Positions 17,513-27,329 of a DNA stretch of 35,514 nt are shown here, in pieces. Numbering within the stretch: the stretch's first letter is position 1; the number at the start of each line of letters is the position of its first letter. Source of the stretch: Thermoproteota archaeon (GTDB lineage Archaea > Korarchaeota > Korarchaeia > Korarchaeales > Korarchaeaceae); contig JAOZFI010000053.1 in the NCBI GenBank assembly GCA_027491395.1, positions 1 to 35,514 of the forward strand. Reading direction: 5' to 3'. Position numbers and translations under genes: made by a program. The notes under the pieces are model-generated. The model searched no databases, had not been told where the DNA came from, and saw only the letters and a program-made list of their open reading frames with translations.

Positions 17513-18085
17513 TTATGAGTCCCTGAGCTTACTAACCCTTCTTAGGAAAATGAACGCCCTCTCCAAAGCGGTCAGATAGTTGAGTAAGGCCATGGCTAGC
17601 AAACCCACCCTGACTTGGTTCAAAGCGCAGAAGAGCGCAGCTAGGAGCACCCTCTCAGCCCTCCCGGTCAGACTGTACTGGGTTCCGGTGACCCTCAAAG
17701 ACTCCGCCTTGGCCCTTATGTAGCTCACTAACATGGAGGAATGAATAGCAAGTGCCGCCAAGAGGAGATCCCCGGAGTATATCCCCATACCTAGGAGTAG
17801 GATGCCGTCTTCTATCCTATCAACCACCGAGTCTAGAAAGGACCCTAGCACGCCCGCCTGACCCATCCTTCTAGCTACAGCTCCATCTAATGCATCGGAG
17901 AAACCGGCTAGGATAATCAGTACGGCTGCTCCCACGTAATTCCCCACGTACAGGTAGAAGAAGGACGCCATAGTTAGGAATAAACCGAAAAAAGTTACTG
18001 TGTTGGCTGTAAATCCCATAGAAACCAACCAACCGGCAATCCTGTCCATGAATCCGGAGACGTGGTCCCTAAGCATCTCTAGCAT
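17513..18085 (-). CDS. pgsA: CDP-alcohol phosphatidyltransferase (archaetidylinositol phosphate synthase-like)
   Basis: DALDGAVAR......G.FLDSVVDR..D signature, SYIRAKAE, R.ER; AGGTG SD before ATG 18085. Confidence 0.9.
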   Translation of the reverse strand: MLEMLRDHVSGFMDRIAGWLVSMGFTANTVTFFGLFLTMASFFYLYVGNYVGAAVLIILAGFSDALDGAVARRMGQAGVLGSFLDSVVDRIEDGILLLGMGIYSGDLLLAALAIHSSMLVSYIRAKAESLRVTGTQYSLTGRAERVLLAALFCALNQVRVGLLAMALLNYLTALERAFIFLRRVSKLRDS

Positions 18086-18152
18086 TTTATGACACCTTTT
18101 TTCCAACACCGAACCAGCGATCTTTTTTTATCTTTATCTGAGGAAATTCTAG

Positions 18153-18866
18153 ATGCCAGATCTCGTGCTCATACTGGTGGAGCCGGAGAAGGCGGATAAT
18201 GTGGGGATGATAGCTAGGGCGATGAAGAACTTCGGCTTCAGGAGGCTCAGGATAGTGAGACCTATGTTCGAGTCCTTCGACAGGGCTTTAGCTGCGGCGA
18301 TGCACGCAAAGGATGTTGTGAACGATGCAGAAATACTAACTACGCTGGAGGAGGCCAGAGAGGGGATAGACCTCCTGATAGGGACAACGGCTAGGGTGAG
18401 CAGGTACTCATTGGACAGGAGGGCCATCCCGATAAGGGACCTCCTGAAGGAGCTGAGTTGGGACGCGACCTATGGCTTAGTGATGGGTAGGGAATCGGTG
18501 GGGCTCACGACTGAAGAGTTGGCCTTCTGCGATGTAGTCACCACCATTCCATCGAGCGAGGAATACCCGGCCCTTAACTTGGCCAACGCTACGGCCATAT
18601 TCCTCTACGAATTCTTCTTGTCGTTTAAAGACCCAACCCGCTTCCAAGAAAAGCCCGTCCCCCGTGAGGTAAGGGAGCTGATGGTTAACTATATAAGGGA
18701 CATTGTGAATGCCATCGAGCTGGCGGACCACAAGAGGGAGAGGGTCGTCCCCCTCGTCAGGAGGATAGTGGAGAGGACCTTCCCCTGTGGTATGTCCGCC
18801 GGTGAGGCCACCTACCTAGTAGGGATTATAAAGGCCGTTAGGGACAAGTTGATGAAGGTGAGGTAG
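18153..18866 (+). CDS. trmJ: SPOUT tRNA 2'-O-methyltransferase, TrmJ/LasT family
   Basis: EPE...NVG.IARAMKNFG, GRES.GLT.EEL, YPALNLA. Confidence 0.9.
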   Translation: MPDLVLILVEPEKADNVGMIARAMKNFGFRRLRIVRPMFESFDRALAAAMHAKDVVNDAEILTTLEEAREGIDLLIGTTARVSRYSLDRRAIPIRDLLKELSWDATYGLVMGRESVGLTTEELAFCDVVTTIPSSEEYPALNLANATAIFLYEFFLSFKDPTRFQEKPVPREVRELMVNYIRDIVNAIELADHKRERVVPLVRRIVERTFPCGMSAGEATYLVGIIKAVRDKLMKVR

Positions 18867-18867
18867 T

Positions 18868-19389
18868 ATGTCCCTTAGACCGGCGAGGAACTATAGGGCG
18901 CTGCAGAGGCCCTACACTCGGAAGGAGTACATAAAGAGCATACCCTACAGCAAGATCAACAAGTTCGATCACGGCAATGTGCACGGGGATTTCGACTACG
19001 AGGTGAGGCTCGTAGCGGATGCTAGCTTCCAGGTCAGAAGCAACGCTCTAGAGGCCGCGAGGATGACCATCTTAGCCCAGCTCAGGAAGAGGACCCCATC
19101 GGACGAGTATTACTTCTTCAAGATAGTCCCCTATCCCCATCACATACTCAGGAAGCACGCAATGGCCGGTGTCCACAAGGCGGAGAGGCTTCAGAAGGGT
19201 ATGAGGCTGGCTTTCGGTAAGCCCGACGGCAGAGCGGCTCAGATAAGGAGGGGAGACACCATTCTGTTCATAAGGGTAAAGGAGGAGCACCTAGACGTGG
19301 CCAAGTACTGCGTCAAGCTGGCGAAGCTCAAGATCCCCCACATGACCAAGGTGGAAGTGGTCAAGCTAGATGGAAAGGCCGAGGGATAA
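18868..19389 (+). CDS. rpl10e: 50S ribosomal protein uL16 (L10e)
   Basis: RPARNYR....PYTRKEYI, NALEAAR, YPHHILR, GMRLAFGKP.G.AA. Confidence 0.96.
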   Translation: MSLRPARNYRALQRPYTRKEYIKSIPYSKINKFDHGNVHGDFDYEVRLVADASFQVRSNALEAARMTILAQLRKRTPSDEYYFFKIVPYPHHILRKHAMAGVHKAERLQKGMRLAFGKPDGRAAQIRRGDTILFIRVKEEHLDVAKYCVKLAKLKIPHMTKVEVVKLDGKAEG

Positions 19390-19990
19390 GAAGGAGCTGG
19401 AGATAGTCCTTCAGGGGCTCAAAGACCTGAAAAACCCCAAGCCGGAGCTGGAACAACACTCCACTCCTCCGAACCTCGCCTCCTCTTTGATCCATTTGGC
19501 ATACCTCATGGGCGATTTGGAGGGATCGAGGGTCGCGGATCTCGGGTGCGGTAACGGAATCTTGGCGATAGGCTCGGTCCTGTATGGAGCATCCTATGCT
19601 ATAGGCGTGGACATAGACCCGGAGGCGGTGGAGGTAGCTAAGGAGAACGCTGGAGCGGTAGGGATTTCGGATAGGACCAAGTTCGTGGTGATGGATGTCT
19701 CAAACTTCGAGGAGAGGGTGGATGTGGTGATACAGAATCCCCCTTTCGGGGTAGTGCGCAGGCACGCGGACCTTAAGTTTTTGGATAAGGCACTCCGGAT
19801 TTCCGGGGTGGTTTACTCCATACACATGGCTGGGAACTCTAGGTTCCTAGCCGAGTACGCCTCTAAGAGGGGAGCTAGGCTGACTCACGTCGAGGGATGG
19901 CCCTTCCCCCTCAGGAGGATCTTCTACTACCACAGGAGGAGGGTTGTCAGCATACCCGTGGAGATGTTGAGGTTCGAGGTGATATCATGA
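19370..19990 (+). CDS. METTL5-family N6-adenine RNA methyltransferase
   Basis: P..ELEQH.TP, DLGCGNG, NPPFG, D.KFL. Confidence 0.9.
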   Translation: MERPRDKKELEIVLQGLKDLKNPKPELEQHSTPPNLASSLIHLAYLMGDLEGSRVADLGCGNGILAIGSVLYGASYAIGVDIDPEAVEVAKENAGAVGISDRTKFVVMDVSNFEERVDVVIQNPPFGVVRRHADLKFLDKALRISGVVYSIHMAGNSRFLAEYASKRGARLTHVEGWPFPLRRIFYYHRRRVVSIPVEMLRFEVIS

Positions 19991-20565
19991 GGGAAAGAAG
20001 GATCGTGGTTCCCGGAGAGAGGTTGGGAGTTGTTGAGGAATTTATACCCGGAGAGGGGGTCAGGGAGGAAAGGGGCACCCTTTACTCAGTTTACTTGGGC
20101 TCCCTGCATGAGAAAGACATTAATGTGTCCGTGAGACCCTTTAAGAAACCTATACTTCCCCTCAGACCTGGGGAGATAGCTTTAGGCGAGATAAGAAATG
20201 CTGACAGGAGCGTCTACCATGTCCATCTCACCGCCCTCGTGAAGCCGAGAAGGGCGCTGCTCTCCCCTCCCGTCCAAGCGGTGATGTCCAAGAGACCTCC
20301 TAACTTGGGAGCTAGGCCCAGCGACATCGTTCTCGTTAGAATAAACTCAGTTGATAACGGCACGGTCACTGTTACGATGGGAGGGCCGCCCGACTTGGGC
20401 GTCATACTGAGCTTCTGTCCCACCTGCGGTGCTCCCTTGAGGAAGGGTGTGGGGTACACCTTGGTGTGCGAGAGATGTGGTAAGGTATATTTAGACAAGA
20501 AGATCAGTAGCAGATACGGGTGGAACCCCTTTAAGGAAGGGCTGATAAGATATGCCAAGAGGTAG
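19987..20565 (+). CDS. csl4: Exosome complex RNA-binding protein Csl4
   Basis: VVPGERLG..EEF..GEG, S1-like middle, LGV....CPTCG...CERCG..KISS.YG zinc ribbon; GAGGTGA SD before ATG 19987. Confidence 0.88.
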   Translation: MRERRIVVPGERLGVVEEFIPGEGVREERGTLYSVYLGSLHEKDINVSVRPFKKPILPLRPGEIALGEIRNADRSVYHVHLTALVKPRRALLSPPVQAVMSKRPPNLGARPSDIVLVRINSVDNGTVTVTMGGPPDLGVILSFCPTCGAPLRKGVGYTLVCERCGKVYLDKKISSRYGWNPFKEGLIRYAKR

Positions 20566-21199
20566 CCTCTTAGACAAGAGGAGTTTTGTGCTCTCGCTCT
20601 CTCACGACGAGCTGGAAGATTTCCTTGAGTATCTGGAGAGGAGGATGGAAGGCAGGGATTACTCCTACAAGTATGTGACTGGCTCTGGGCTGAAGATAAC
20701 CCTCTTCGGCACTAGGGAGGAGAACAAGGTAGCGGAGAGCGTGGTGAGACGATCTTACAGGAACTTCAAGATAGTGAGGAATCCCGTTGGGGGGCTCTAC
20801 AGGTATCCGTCGGAGTGGTTGATGGAGCACGGTGGAGGCGTTTCAATGAGCCTCCTGACTCTCTCACTGAAGGGAGCCGGCCTCACTGCCAACTGGAAGA
20901 AGGACCTCCTCTACACGGAGCTGGAGCCTGAGGAGATGGTGGATCTTATGTCCGAACTAAGGACTCTAGTTAACGAGATAAAGTATGAGGTAAGGCAGAG
21001 GAAGGCCAGAGAGGTGGTGGTAGCAGCTGCTGTCAACGCAGGCGTATCCCCAATCGAGGCACTGGAGTTAGCTGAGGAGGAGGGCCTGCTCGAGAGGGAT
21101 GAGAGGGGGATGTGGTGGTTCAGGGCAGATCCCGAGCTCGTGATGGATACCCTGATAAGGAAGCTGTCGGAGATGGAGGTAGATGAGAATGGATGTTGA
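20552..21199 (+). CDS. Conserved archaeal protein, DUF2067-like
   Basis: Located between csl4 and rpoL; EL..FLE.L...LKI.L.G pattern. Confidence 0.6.
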   Translation: MPRGSLLDKRSFVLSLSHDELEDFLEYLERRMEGRDYSYKYVTGSGLKITLFGTREENKVAESVVRRSYRNFKIVRNPVGGLYRYPSEWLMEHGGGVSMSLLTLSLKGAGLTANWKKDLLYTELEPEEMVDLMSELRTLVNEIKYEVRQRKAREVVVAAAVNAGVSPIEALELAEEEGLLERDERGMWWFRADPELVMDTLIRKLSEMEVDENGC

Positions 21200-21485
21200 G
21201 GTGAAGGAGGTCGGGCCCAGTGAGATAAGGGTCGTGATCAGGGGTGAGACATACACCCTCCTGACCCCCATAGTTGAGGAGCTTAACGCTCGAGATGATG
21301 TGGAGTTCGCCGGTTATGATGTCCCCCATCCACTTAAGGAGGAGGGAATCATATTTCTGAGGGTCAGGGATGGTCTGGATCCTAGGAAGATCCTGAGAGA
21401 GACCGTAGAGAAGCTCATAAAAGAATATGAGGGCTTAGAAAAGAGCTTCAGGGAGGAACTAGAGAGGATAGCTACCGAAACATGA
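21183..21485 (+). CDS. rpoL: DNA-directed RNA polymerase subunit L (Rpo11)
   Basis: GETYTL...I..EL.....VEFAGY..PHPL. Confidence 0.93.
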   Translation: MRMDVEVKEVGPSEIRVVIRGETYTLLTPIVEELNARDDVEFAGYDVPHPLKEEGIIFLRVRDGLDPRKILRETVEKLIKEYEGLEKSFREELERIATET

Positions 21486-22692
21486 GCCTAGGTATATCCA
21501 TGTAAGCCCTCACAACCTTTTTCAGGGGGCCCAAGTCTAGGTACTCGTCCTGCACGTGCGCCCTCGCTCCCGGGCCCAGTATTATAGATGGAATGCCCGC
21601 AAAGGACCAGAGTATCTCGGCATCGGTGTACCCGGTCCCGTAGGAGAGCTCCGCTTTACCCTCCATGTCTTCCACGACCTTCTTCGCGGCGTTAAGCAGT
21701 CTGCTAGCCTCCTCATTATCGGGCAACATGTAAGGTGGCCTGTTCATGCCGATCTCCTCGATATCCGCTCCGATGTCCCTGCCCAGCTCCTCGAGCCTCG
21801 GCGCCAGCTCCTGCCTCAGCTCCTCGATCACATGCTCCACCAAGCTGGAGTACCGCCTCCTCAACTTTTCTATGTCCTCCCCGTAAACTACCCTCCTGTC
21901 CACCAAGAATTCGGCCTCGTTTGGTATCTGATTTATCGCCTCACCCGCCTTGAAGACATTGATTGAGAGAGGCGGCCTTATCTCGCTGTCTAACGTCACC
22001 TTGGGTATCTTGATTGGATTGGTGTAGTCGTAACTCTCCTTGAAGGCCCTCACCACCTCCATGGCCAGATATATGGCGTTAACCGCGTAGTCTGGCCTCG
22101 ATCCGTGACCTGCTATACCCCTGACCCTGATCTTCATCCTCAACTTACCGTTGTGGCCTATCCTGATGATCAGCCTCCCGTCCTTATCTACGGAACCCTC
22201 CCCCACTATGCCCACGGCCTTCTTTCCTTGGAGGAACGTCTTAGCGAGGTGAAGAGCCCCCCTCATGTTCTCCGGGGTTTCATCGCCGCCTTCCTCCCTC
22301 ACCACGGCAGTGTATATAAGGGGAAGGTCAGTGCAGTTGGCCAGCTCCGCGTAAGCGACGGCCATGGCAGCTAATCCGCCCTTCATGTCCGAGCTGCCGA
22401 GGCCGTAGAGCTTGTCTTCCTCGATGACGGGGTCGAAAGGATCTTTGGTCCATCCTGGCTGAGGGGGGACGGTGTCCATGTGCCCGTTGTAGAGGAGGTA
22501 CAGGCGACCCTCACCGCTCATCGATATGACATTCCCGACCTCATCCCTCCGTACCATCAGTCCCTTGTCTGCCAGCCAGTCGGCTAGGAATTTGGAGATC
22601 TCTTCCTCGCTCCCTATCACACTCGGGATGCTGACTAACCTCCTAGTCAGCTCGACGGCCTCTCTGTAAAGTTCCTCATAATTCCTGCACAT
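21472..22692 (-). CDS. M20 family metallopeptidase (ArgE/DapE-like)
   Basis: NGHMDTVP, YGLGSSDMKGG, REE, GE, GHGS.P..AVNAI, TDA, GPG..AH..DE. Confidence 0.92.
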   Translation of the reverse strand: MCRNYEELYREAVELTRRLVSIPSVIGSEEEISKFLADWLADKGLMVRRDEVGNVISMSGEGRLYLLYNGHMDTVPPQPGWTKDPFDPVIEEDKLYGLGSSDMKGGLAAMAVAYAELANCTDLPLIYTAVVREEGGDETPENMRGALHLAKTFLQGKKAVGIVGEGSVDKDGRLIIRIGHNGKLRMKIRVRGIAGHGSRPDYAVNAIYLAMEVVRAFKESYDYTNPIKIPKVTLDSEIRPPLSINVFKAGEAINQIPNEAEFLVDRRVVYGEDIEKLRRRYSSLVEHVIEELRQELAPRLEELGRDIGADIEEIGMNRPPYMLPDNEEASRLLNAAKKVVEDMEGKAELSYGTGYTDAEILWSFAGIPSIILGPGARAHVQDEYLDLGPLKKVVRAYMDIPRLMFR

Positions 22693-22763
22693 GGTATCAC
22701 TCAGGAGTCTCGGGGTCGAATAACTTAACCGCGCCGGGTGGATCTCCCATTCCCACGAGCCGC

Positions 22764-22797
22764 AAACTTATTGAATTTTTCATGCACTGAATACACG
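22764..22797 (+). promoter_or_regulatory. Leaderless vapBC promoter with possible operator (TGAA/TTCA inverted motifs)
   Basis: AT-rich box about 25-30 nt upstream of ATG 22798; TGAA-ttt-TTCA-tgcac-TGAA at 22772-22791. Confidence 0.35.
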
Positions 22798-23037
22798 ATG
22801 CCTAAGACCATAACCCTATCAGATGACGTATACAAGGAGTTGCTCAGGATAAAGGGGAAGAGGTCATTCTCAGAGGTCATAAGGGACCTCTTAAAAGAAA
22901 GGAGAGGTAACTCTCATGTATTGCTCATGCTATTCAGCACGATGAGTAAAGAGAGATATAAGGAAATGAAGAGAGCTGTGGAAGAGTTAGAGGAGGAGTT
23001 CGAGAGATGGGGGCAGTCCTTGACACGAACATCGTGA
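22798..23037 (+). CDS. vapB: VapB-type antitoxin (RHH-like)
   Basis: MPKTITLSDDVYKEL..IKG.RSFSEVIR.L; overlaps the PIN gene. Confidence 0.88.
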   Translation: MPKTITLSDDVYKELLRIKGKRSFSEVIRDLLKERRGNSHVLLMLFSTMSKERYKEMKRAVEELEEEFERWGQSLTRTS

Positions 23038-23381
23038 TAGAAATAGCAGCGGGAAATAAGGAGGTCCTAGATAAGGTTCTATCCATAGATATTGAGTTCT
23101 ACCTGACTACCATCAGCAGATTCGAGTTGTTTTCCGGAAATCTGACCGATAGGGAGAAGTTCTGGATAGATCAGTTGATAAGTCTTCCCCTCGACGATGA
23201 TTCCTCCGAGTTGGCGGCCATGCTATTCAAGTCCCTAAAGAAGGAGGGAAGGACTGTATCTCTGAGGGATCTCTTCATAGGAGCCATATGCATGTCCAAC
23301 GGGCTTCCTCTGATAACGTTGAATACAGACTTCCTAGCCCTTCAGTATCACGGTCTTGAACTCCACCTGCTCAGGGATTAG
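23007..23381 (+). CDS. vapC: VapC PIN-domain toxin
   Basis: VLDTN, FEL, DLFIGA, LITLNTDF. Confidence 0.9.
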   Translation: MGAVLDTNIVIEIAAGNKEVLDKVLSIDIEFYLTTISRFELFSGNLTDREKFWIDQLISLPLDDDSSELAAMLFKSLKKEGRTVSLRDLFIGAICMSNGLPLITLNTDFLALQYHGLELHLLRD

Positions 23382-24361
23382 CGGTAGAGGTGGCAGGCCA
23401 CGAACCTACCCTTCTTCACTTCCACAAGTTTTGGCTCCTCCTTATCACACGGCTCAAAAGCCTCTACGCACCTTGGATGGAATATGCATCCTCTAGGCAG
23501 GTCTATAGGGCTTGGAACGTCTCCCTTTATTGGGACCTCCTTCAACTTCCTTCTGTAGTCCACTTGACCCTTGGGAACAGCTTCTACCAGTGCCTTCGTG
23601 TATGGATGCTTGGGATCGAGTATCACGCTATCTGCGGATCCCAGCTCCACTATTTTCCCCAAGTACATGATCGCCAGCCTGTCGCACATGTGATAGGCCA
23701 CCGACAGGTCGTGGGTTATGAAGAGGTAGGTGAGACCATACTTCTCCTTTAGATCGAGCATGAGCTTAAGTATGCCGGCCCTTATAGACACATCAAGCAT
23801 ACTGACCGGTTCGTCGGCGACCACGAACTTGGGGTTCAGTATCAGCGCCCGAGCAATGGCCACCCTCTGCCTCTGTCCCCCCGACAGCTGGTGGGGATAC
23901 CTTATCATGAAGTCCTCGGGAGGCTCCAGCCCCACATCCCTCAGAGCCTGATAAACCATATCGAACCTCTCCTCATCGCTTCGAACTCCGTGTATGCGGA
24001 GAGGTTCCTCTACCAGATCATAGATGGTCATCCTAGGGTTCAGGGACTCGTAGGGATCTTGGAATATTATCTGCATCATCTTCCTATATTCCTTGAACTC
24101 TCCTTTGGGTATGTCGTAGATATTCCTCCCTTCAAAGATGACTTGTCCCTCAGTCGGCTCCAGCAACCTGACCAGAAGTCGGCCAGTGGTGCTCTTCCCA
24201 CATCCCGACTCTCCAGCTAAGCAAAAGACCTCATTCTCCTCAATCGCGAAGTTGAGGTCGTTAACTGCTTTCACGAACTTCTGCTCCCTACCCTTCAGAA
24301 TGTCCGACCAGCTCCTTCTCACGGGGAAGTACTTCTTGAGACCCCTGACCTCTATTATCAT
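23378..24361 (-). CDS. Peptide ABC transporter ATPase (OppF/DppF-like)
   Basis: GESGCGKST, LSGGQRQR, DEPVS.LD, ITHDL, C-terminal GC.FHPRC...VACH. Confidence 0.95.
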   Translation of the reverse strand: MIIEVRGLKKYFPVRRSWSDILKGREQKFVKAVNDLNFAIEENEVFCLAGESGCGKSTTGRLLVRLLEPTEGQVIFEGRNIYDIPKGEFKEYRKMMQIIFQDPYESLNPRMTIYDLVEEPLRIHGVRSDEERFDMVYQALRDVGLEPPEDFMIRYPHQLSGGQRQRVAIARALILNPKFVVADEPVSMLDVSIRAGILKLMLDLKEKYGLTYLFITHDLSVAYHMCDRLAIMYLGKIVELGSADSVILDPKHPYTKALVEAVPKGQVDYRRKLKEVPIKGDVPSPIDLPRGCIFHPRCVEAFEPCDKEEPKLVEVKKGRFVACHLYR

Positions 24362-24370
24362 AGCTCTCAC

Positions 24371-25363
24371 CTAAGATGTCCTGCCTGCAATCAAGTGGCA
24401 AGCCACGAACCTACCCCTCTCCACCTCCACCATCCTCGGCTCCTCCTTATCACACGGCTCGAACCTCTTCGGGCAGCGGGGATGGAATCTACATCCGGGC
24501 GGGGGTTCCAGCAGATTTGGCGGGGATCCTGGTATGTATTCGAACCTCCCCTTCTCTCCCACTCCTATCCTCGGGACCGCCCTCACCAGCAGCTCCGTGT
24601 AGGGATGAAGGGGGTCATCTACTATCTTGTCGGTCGGCCCTATTTCCACTATCTTCCCGGCGTACATTACCGCAATTCTGTCCACCAATTCGAACATAGT
24701 AGTGAGGTCGTGGGTTATGAAAATGAGAGACATGTTAAACTTACTCCTCAATTCCTTGAACAAGTTGAGGATCTGGGCCTGAACCACCACATCAAGGGCA
24801 GTAGTGGGTTCGTCAGCTATAACAATGGGGGGGTTGAGTGCCAAGGCCATGGCTATCATGACCCTCTGCCTCTGTCCCCCGGAGAGCTCATGAGGGTAGC
24901 TCCTAACTCTCTGTCTGCCCACCCCCACCAGATCAAGCAGTTCTTCTGCTCTGGCTAGTGCATCATCCTTACTCATCTCCTCATGGGCCAGTATCGCCTC
25001 AGCTATCTGATCGCCGACTGTGTACACGGGGTTCAAAGCATTCATCGCAGCTTGGGGTATAACGCTAATTTCTTTCCATCTTATTTTCCGCATCTCGTCC
25101 TCTGAAAGCGGAACTACATCCCTTCCATTTATGTAGATCTTACCTCCCACTATCCTACCAGGAGGCGGGACTTCCTTTACTAAAGAGTATGCTACGGTAC
25201 TCTTTCCACATCCAGACTCCCCAGCTAATCCGAAAAATTCACCTTTTTTCACCTGAAATGTCACATCCGATGCCGCATCGACGACGCCGAAGCTCGTCTC
25301 GTACACAACTTTTAACCCTTCTGCAGCCAGCACATGCTCAGAAGAACCGCTTGATAGTGACAT
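24371..25363 (-). CDS. Peptide ABC transporter ATPase (OppD/DppD-like)
   Basis: GESGCGKST, YPHELSGGQRQR, DEPTTALD, ITHDL, GCRFHPRC. Confidence 0.95.
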   Translation of the reverse strand: MSLSSGSSEHVLAAEGLKVVYETSFGVVDAASDVTFQVKKGEFFGLAGESGCGKSTVAYSLVKEVPPPGRIVGGKIYINGRDVVPLSEDEMRKIRWKEISVIPQAAMNALNPVYTVGDQIAEAILAHEEMSKDDALARAEELLDLVGVGRQRVRSYPHELSGGQRQRVMIAMALALNPPIVIADEPTTALDVVVQAQILNLFKELRSKFNMSLIFITHDLTTMFELVDRIAVMYAGKIVEIGPTDKIVDDPLHPYTELLVRAVPRIGVGEKGRFEYIPGSPPNLLEPPPGCRFHPRCPKRFEPCDKEEPRMVEVERGRFVACHLIAGRTS

Positions 25364-25446
25364 TTAAAGGCATTCACCTCGAGCCCCAGCTAGGGCCTTC
25401 TAAAAAACCATTGCGGCCCCATAAAACATCATATGAGGTGCAAGTT

Positions 25447-27264
25447 ATGAAGCGTGGTTCGAGTTTCGCGAGCGTTCTATTCGCTCTGCTTTTAACCGCT
25501 CTTATAGCTCTGCCAAGCATTCCTGTTGGTCTTGCTGAGGAACCTACCCTCAGAATCGCTCTACCCAGTCCACCTCAGACATTAAACGCTTGGTCTGATA
25601 CCTCTACTTGGACGATAATCACCCTTGACATGATTTACGAACCGCTGGCGACGACCGATCCGGATGGCAAATACATACCTTGGCTGGCCGAATCTTGGGA
25701 GGCATCTCCCGACGGGAAGGTCTGGACAATAAAGCTGAGGAAGGATGTGAAGTGGCAGGATGGGAAGCCCTTAACCGCCGAGGATGTGAAGTTCACCTTC
25801 GAGTACTTCAAGAAGGATGTCACCGCCAAGAGAGGTCACTCCGATATGGACTACTTGGATCATGTGGAGGTTGTGGACGATCACACGGTCAAGCTCCACC
25901 TGACCGAGCCGTTCGTGGCCGTAGTAAATACGATGCTGACCAACCCAATACTGCCCAAGCACATCTGGGAACCGATAGTCAGAAGGGATGGCTTCGTCGC
26001 CTCGAAATATGAGCCGAAACTCAGTGAGGTCATAGGCACGGGTCCCTTCAAGGTAGTAGAGTACAAGACTAACGAGTACGTCAAGCTAGTGGCTAACGAG
26101 AACTACTGGAAGGGAGCTCCGGCTGTTAAAAACGTTGTGATCCAGTTCGTTAAGGAGGGAGATACGCAAGTCCTGATGATAAAGAAAGGCGAGATAGATG
26201 CTGCCATACACCTCGCCATAAACCCGGCGGTCGAGAAGGATCTGAAGGCCGCTGGAGTGAAGGTTCACAGATACCTGAGGCCCTACTTCTATCACTGGGG
26301 CTTCAACCTCAAGCACTTCCCGTTCACAGAGAAGAAGTTCAGGAAGGCCATGGCGTACGCGATAAACCTGACCGAGATAGTGGAGATAGCTAGGCTCGGA
26401 GCCGGAGAGCCCGGGAGCTATGGAGTGATGCCAGCGGTCTGGAAGGACTGGTACTGCGAGGAAGCCGGTAAGATGTACTCCTACAACCCAGAGAAGGCCA
26501 AGCAACTTCTGGACGAGCTAGGATGGGTTGACAAGGATAATGACGGGATAAGGGAGACCCCCGACGGTAAGGACGTGGCCTTCGAGATATACCCGCCGAG
26601 CTACGATCCCGCTAGGGTCAGGGCCGCTGAGATGATAAGGGATTACCTCAAGGAGATCGGAGTGAAGGTCACCGTGCAGGTAGGCGACTGGAAGGGAGTG
26701 GTGTGGCCTGGTATAAAGGCCCACAAGTTCGATAGCTTCATCCTCGGTGCCGGTCCGACCGAGCCCGATCCCGACTGGATGAGGCTCAGGTTCAAGACGA
26801 ACGCCTCTGCCAACTACTACGAGCTATCTGATCCCGAACTCGATCAGCTGCTTGAGGAGCAGGCCGTGACCCTAGATGTGGCCAAGAGGAAGGAATTGGC
26901 TTGCAAGATACAGCTCAAGCTTGCCGATCTCCTGCCGCTGATAACCCTCTACTATCCTGTGATAATCAACCCCTACAGGACGGACAGGTTCGAGGGATGG
27001 GTCCCGATAAAGTTCGACTGGATAATCAACAGGTGGACCATGCTCAACCTCAAGCCCAAGGCGAAGCCCACTCCGACTCAGACCCAGCCTTCCAAGACCA
27101 CGGCTCCAGCCACGACACCAGCTCCCTCACCTGCTCCAGCCCCCACCTCCGCTCCAGCCACGACACCAGCTCCCTCAGGGCCTGACATGACTATGATAGG
27201 CGCCATCGTGATCCTACTGATCATCATAATAGCGGCGGTCTGGCTGTTCCTCAAGAAGAAATAG
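25447..27264 (+). CDS. Peptide ABC transporter substrate-binding protein (family 5) with Pro/Thr linker and C-terminal TM anchor
   Basis: GAGGTG SD before ATG 25447, signal peptide, PWLAESWE, WQDGKPLTAEDVKFT, IGTGPF, TM helix followed by KKK. Confidence 0.95.
   Translation: MKRGSSFASVLFALLLTALIALPSIPVGLAEEPTLRIALPSPPQTLNAWSDTSTWTIITLDMIYEPLATTDPDGKYIPWLAESWEASPDGKVWTIKLRKDVKWQDGKPLTAEDVKFTFEYFKKDVTAKRGHSDMDYLDHVEVVDDHTVKLHLTEPFVAVVNTMLTNPILPKHIWEPIVRRDGFVASKYEPKLSEVIGTGPFKVVEYKTNEYVKLVANENYWKGAPAVKNVVIQFVKEGDTQVLMIKKGEIDAAIHLAINPAVEKDLKAAGVKVHRYLRPYFYHWGFNLKHFPFTEKKFRKAMAYAINLTEIVEIARLGAGEPGSYGVMPAVWKDWYCEEAGKMYSYNPEKAKQLLDELGWVDKDNDGIRETPDGKDVAFEIYPPSYDPARVRAAEMIRDYLKEIGVKVTVQVGDWKGVVWPGIKAHKFDSFILGAGPTEPDPDWMRLRFKTNASANYYELSDPELDQLLEEQAVTLDVAKRKELACKIQLKLADLLPLITLYYPVIINPYRTDRFEGWVPIKFDWIINRWTMLNLKPKAKPTPTQTQPSKTTAPATTPAPSPAPAPTSAPATTPAPSGPDMTMIGAIVILLIIIIAAVWLFLKKK
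27103..27177 (+). repeat. 27-bp exact direct repeat in the linker-coding region (APATTPAPS x2)
   Basis: GCTCCAGCCACGACACCAGCTCCCTCA at 27103-27129 and 27151-27177. Confidence 0.9.
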
Positions 27265-27278
27265 TCTTAACCACCAAC

Positions 27279-27290
27279 CTTTTTCTTTTT
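27279..27290 (+). terminator. Oligo-T tract after the SBP gene (intra-operon terminator/attenuator)
   Basis: T-tract about 15 nt after the stop at 27264. Confidence 0.45.
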
Positions 27291-27329
27291 CCGCTCATAG
27301 CCCGCGAGGCCCGCTGGGGTGTTAAATGG

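Noticed and set aside
19897-19986. Longer csl4 N-terminus
   Set aside because: Lies within the METTL5 gene; a strong SD supports ATG 19987
25189-25446. 86-aa N-terminal extension of the SBP
   Set aside because: Overlaps divergent oppD; SD and signal peptide support ATG 25447
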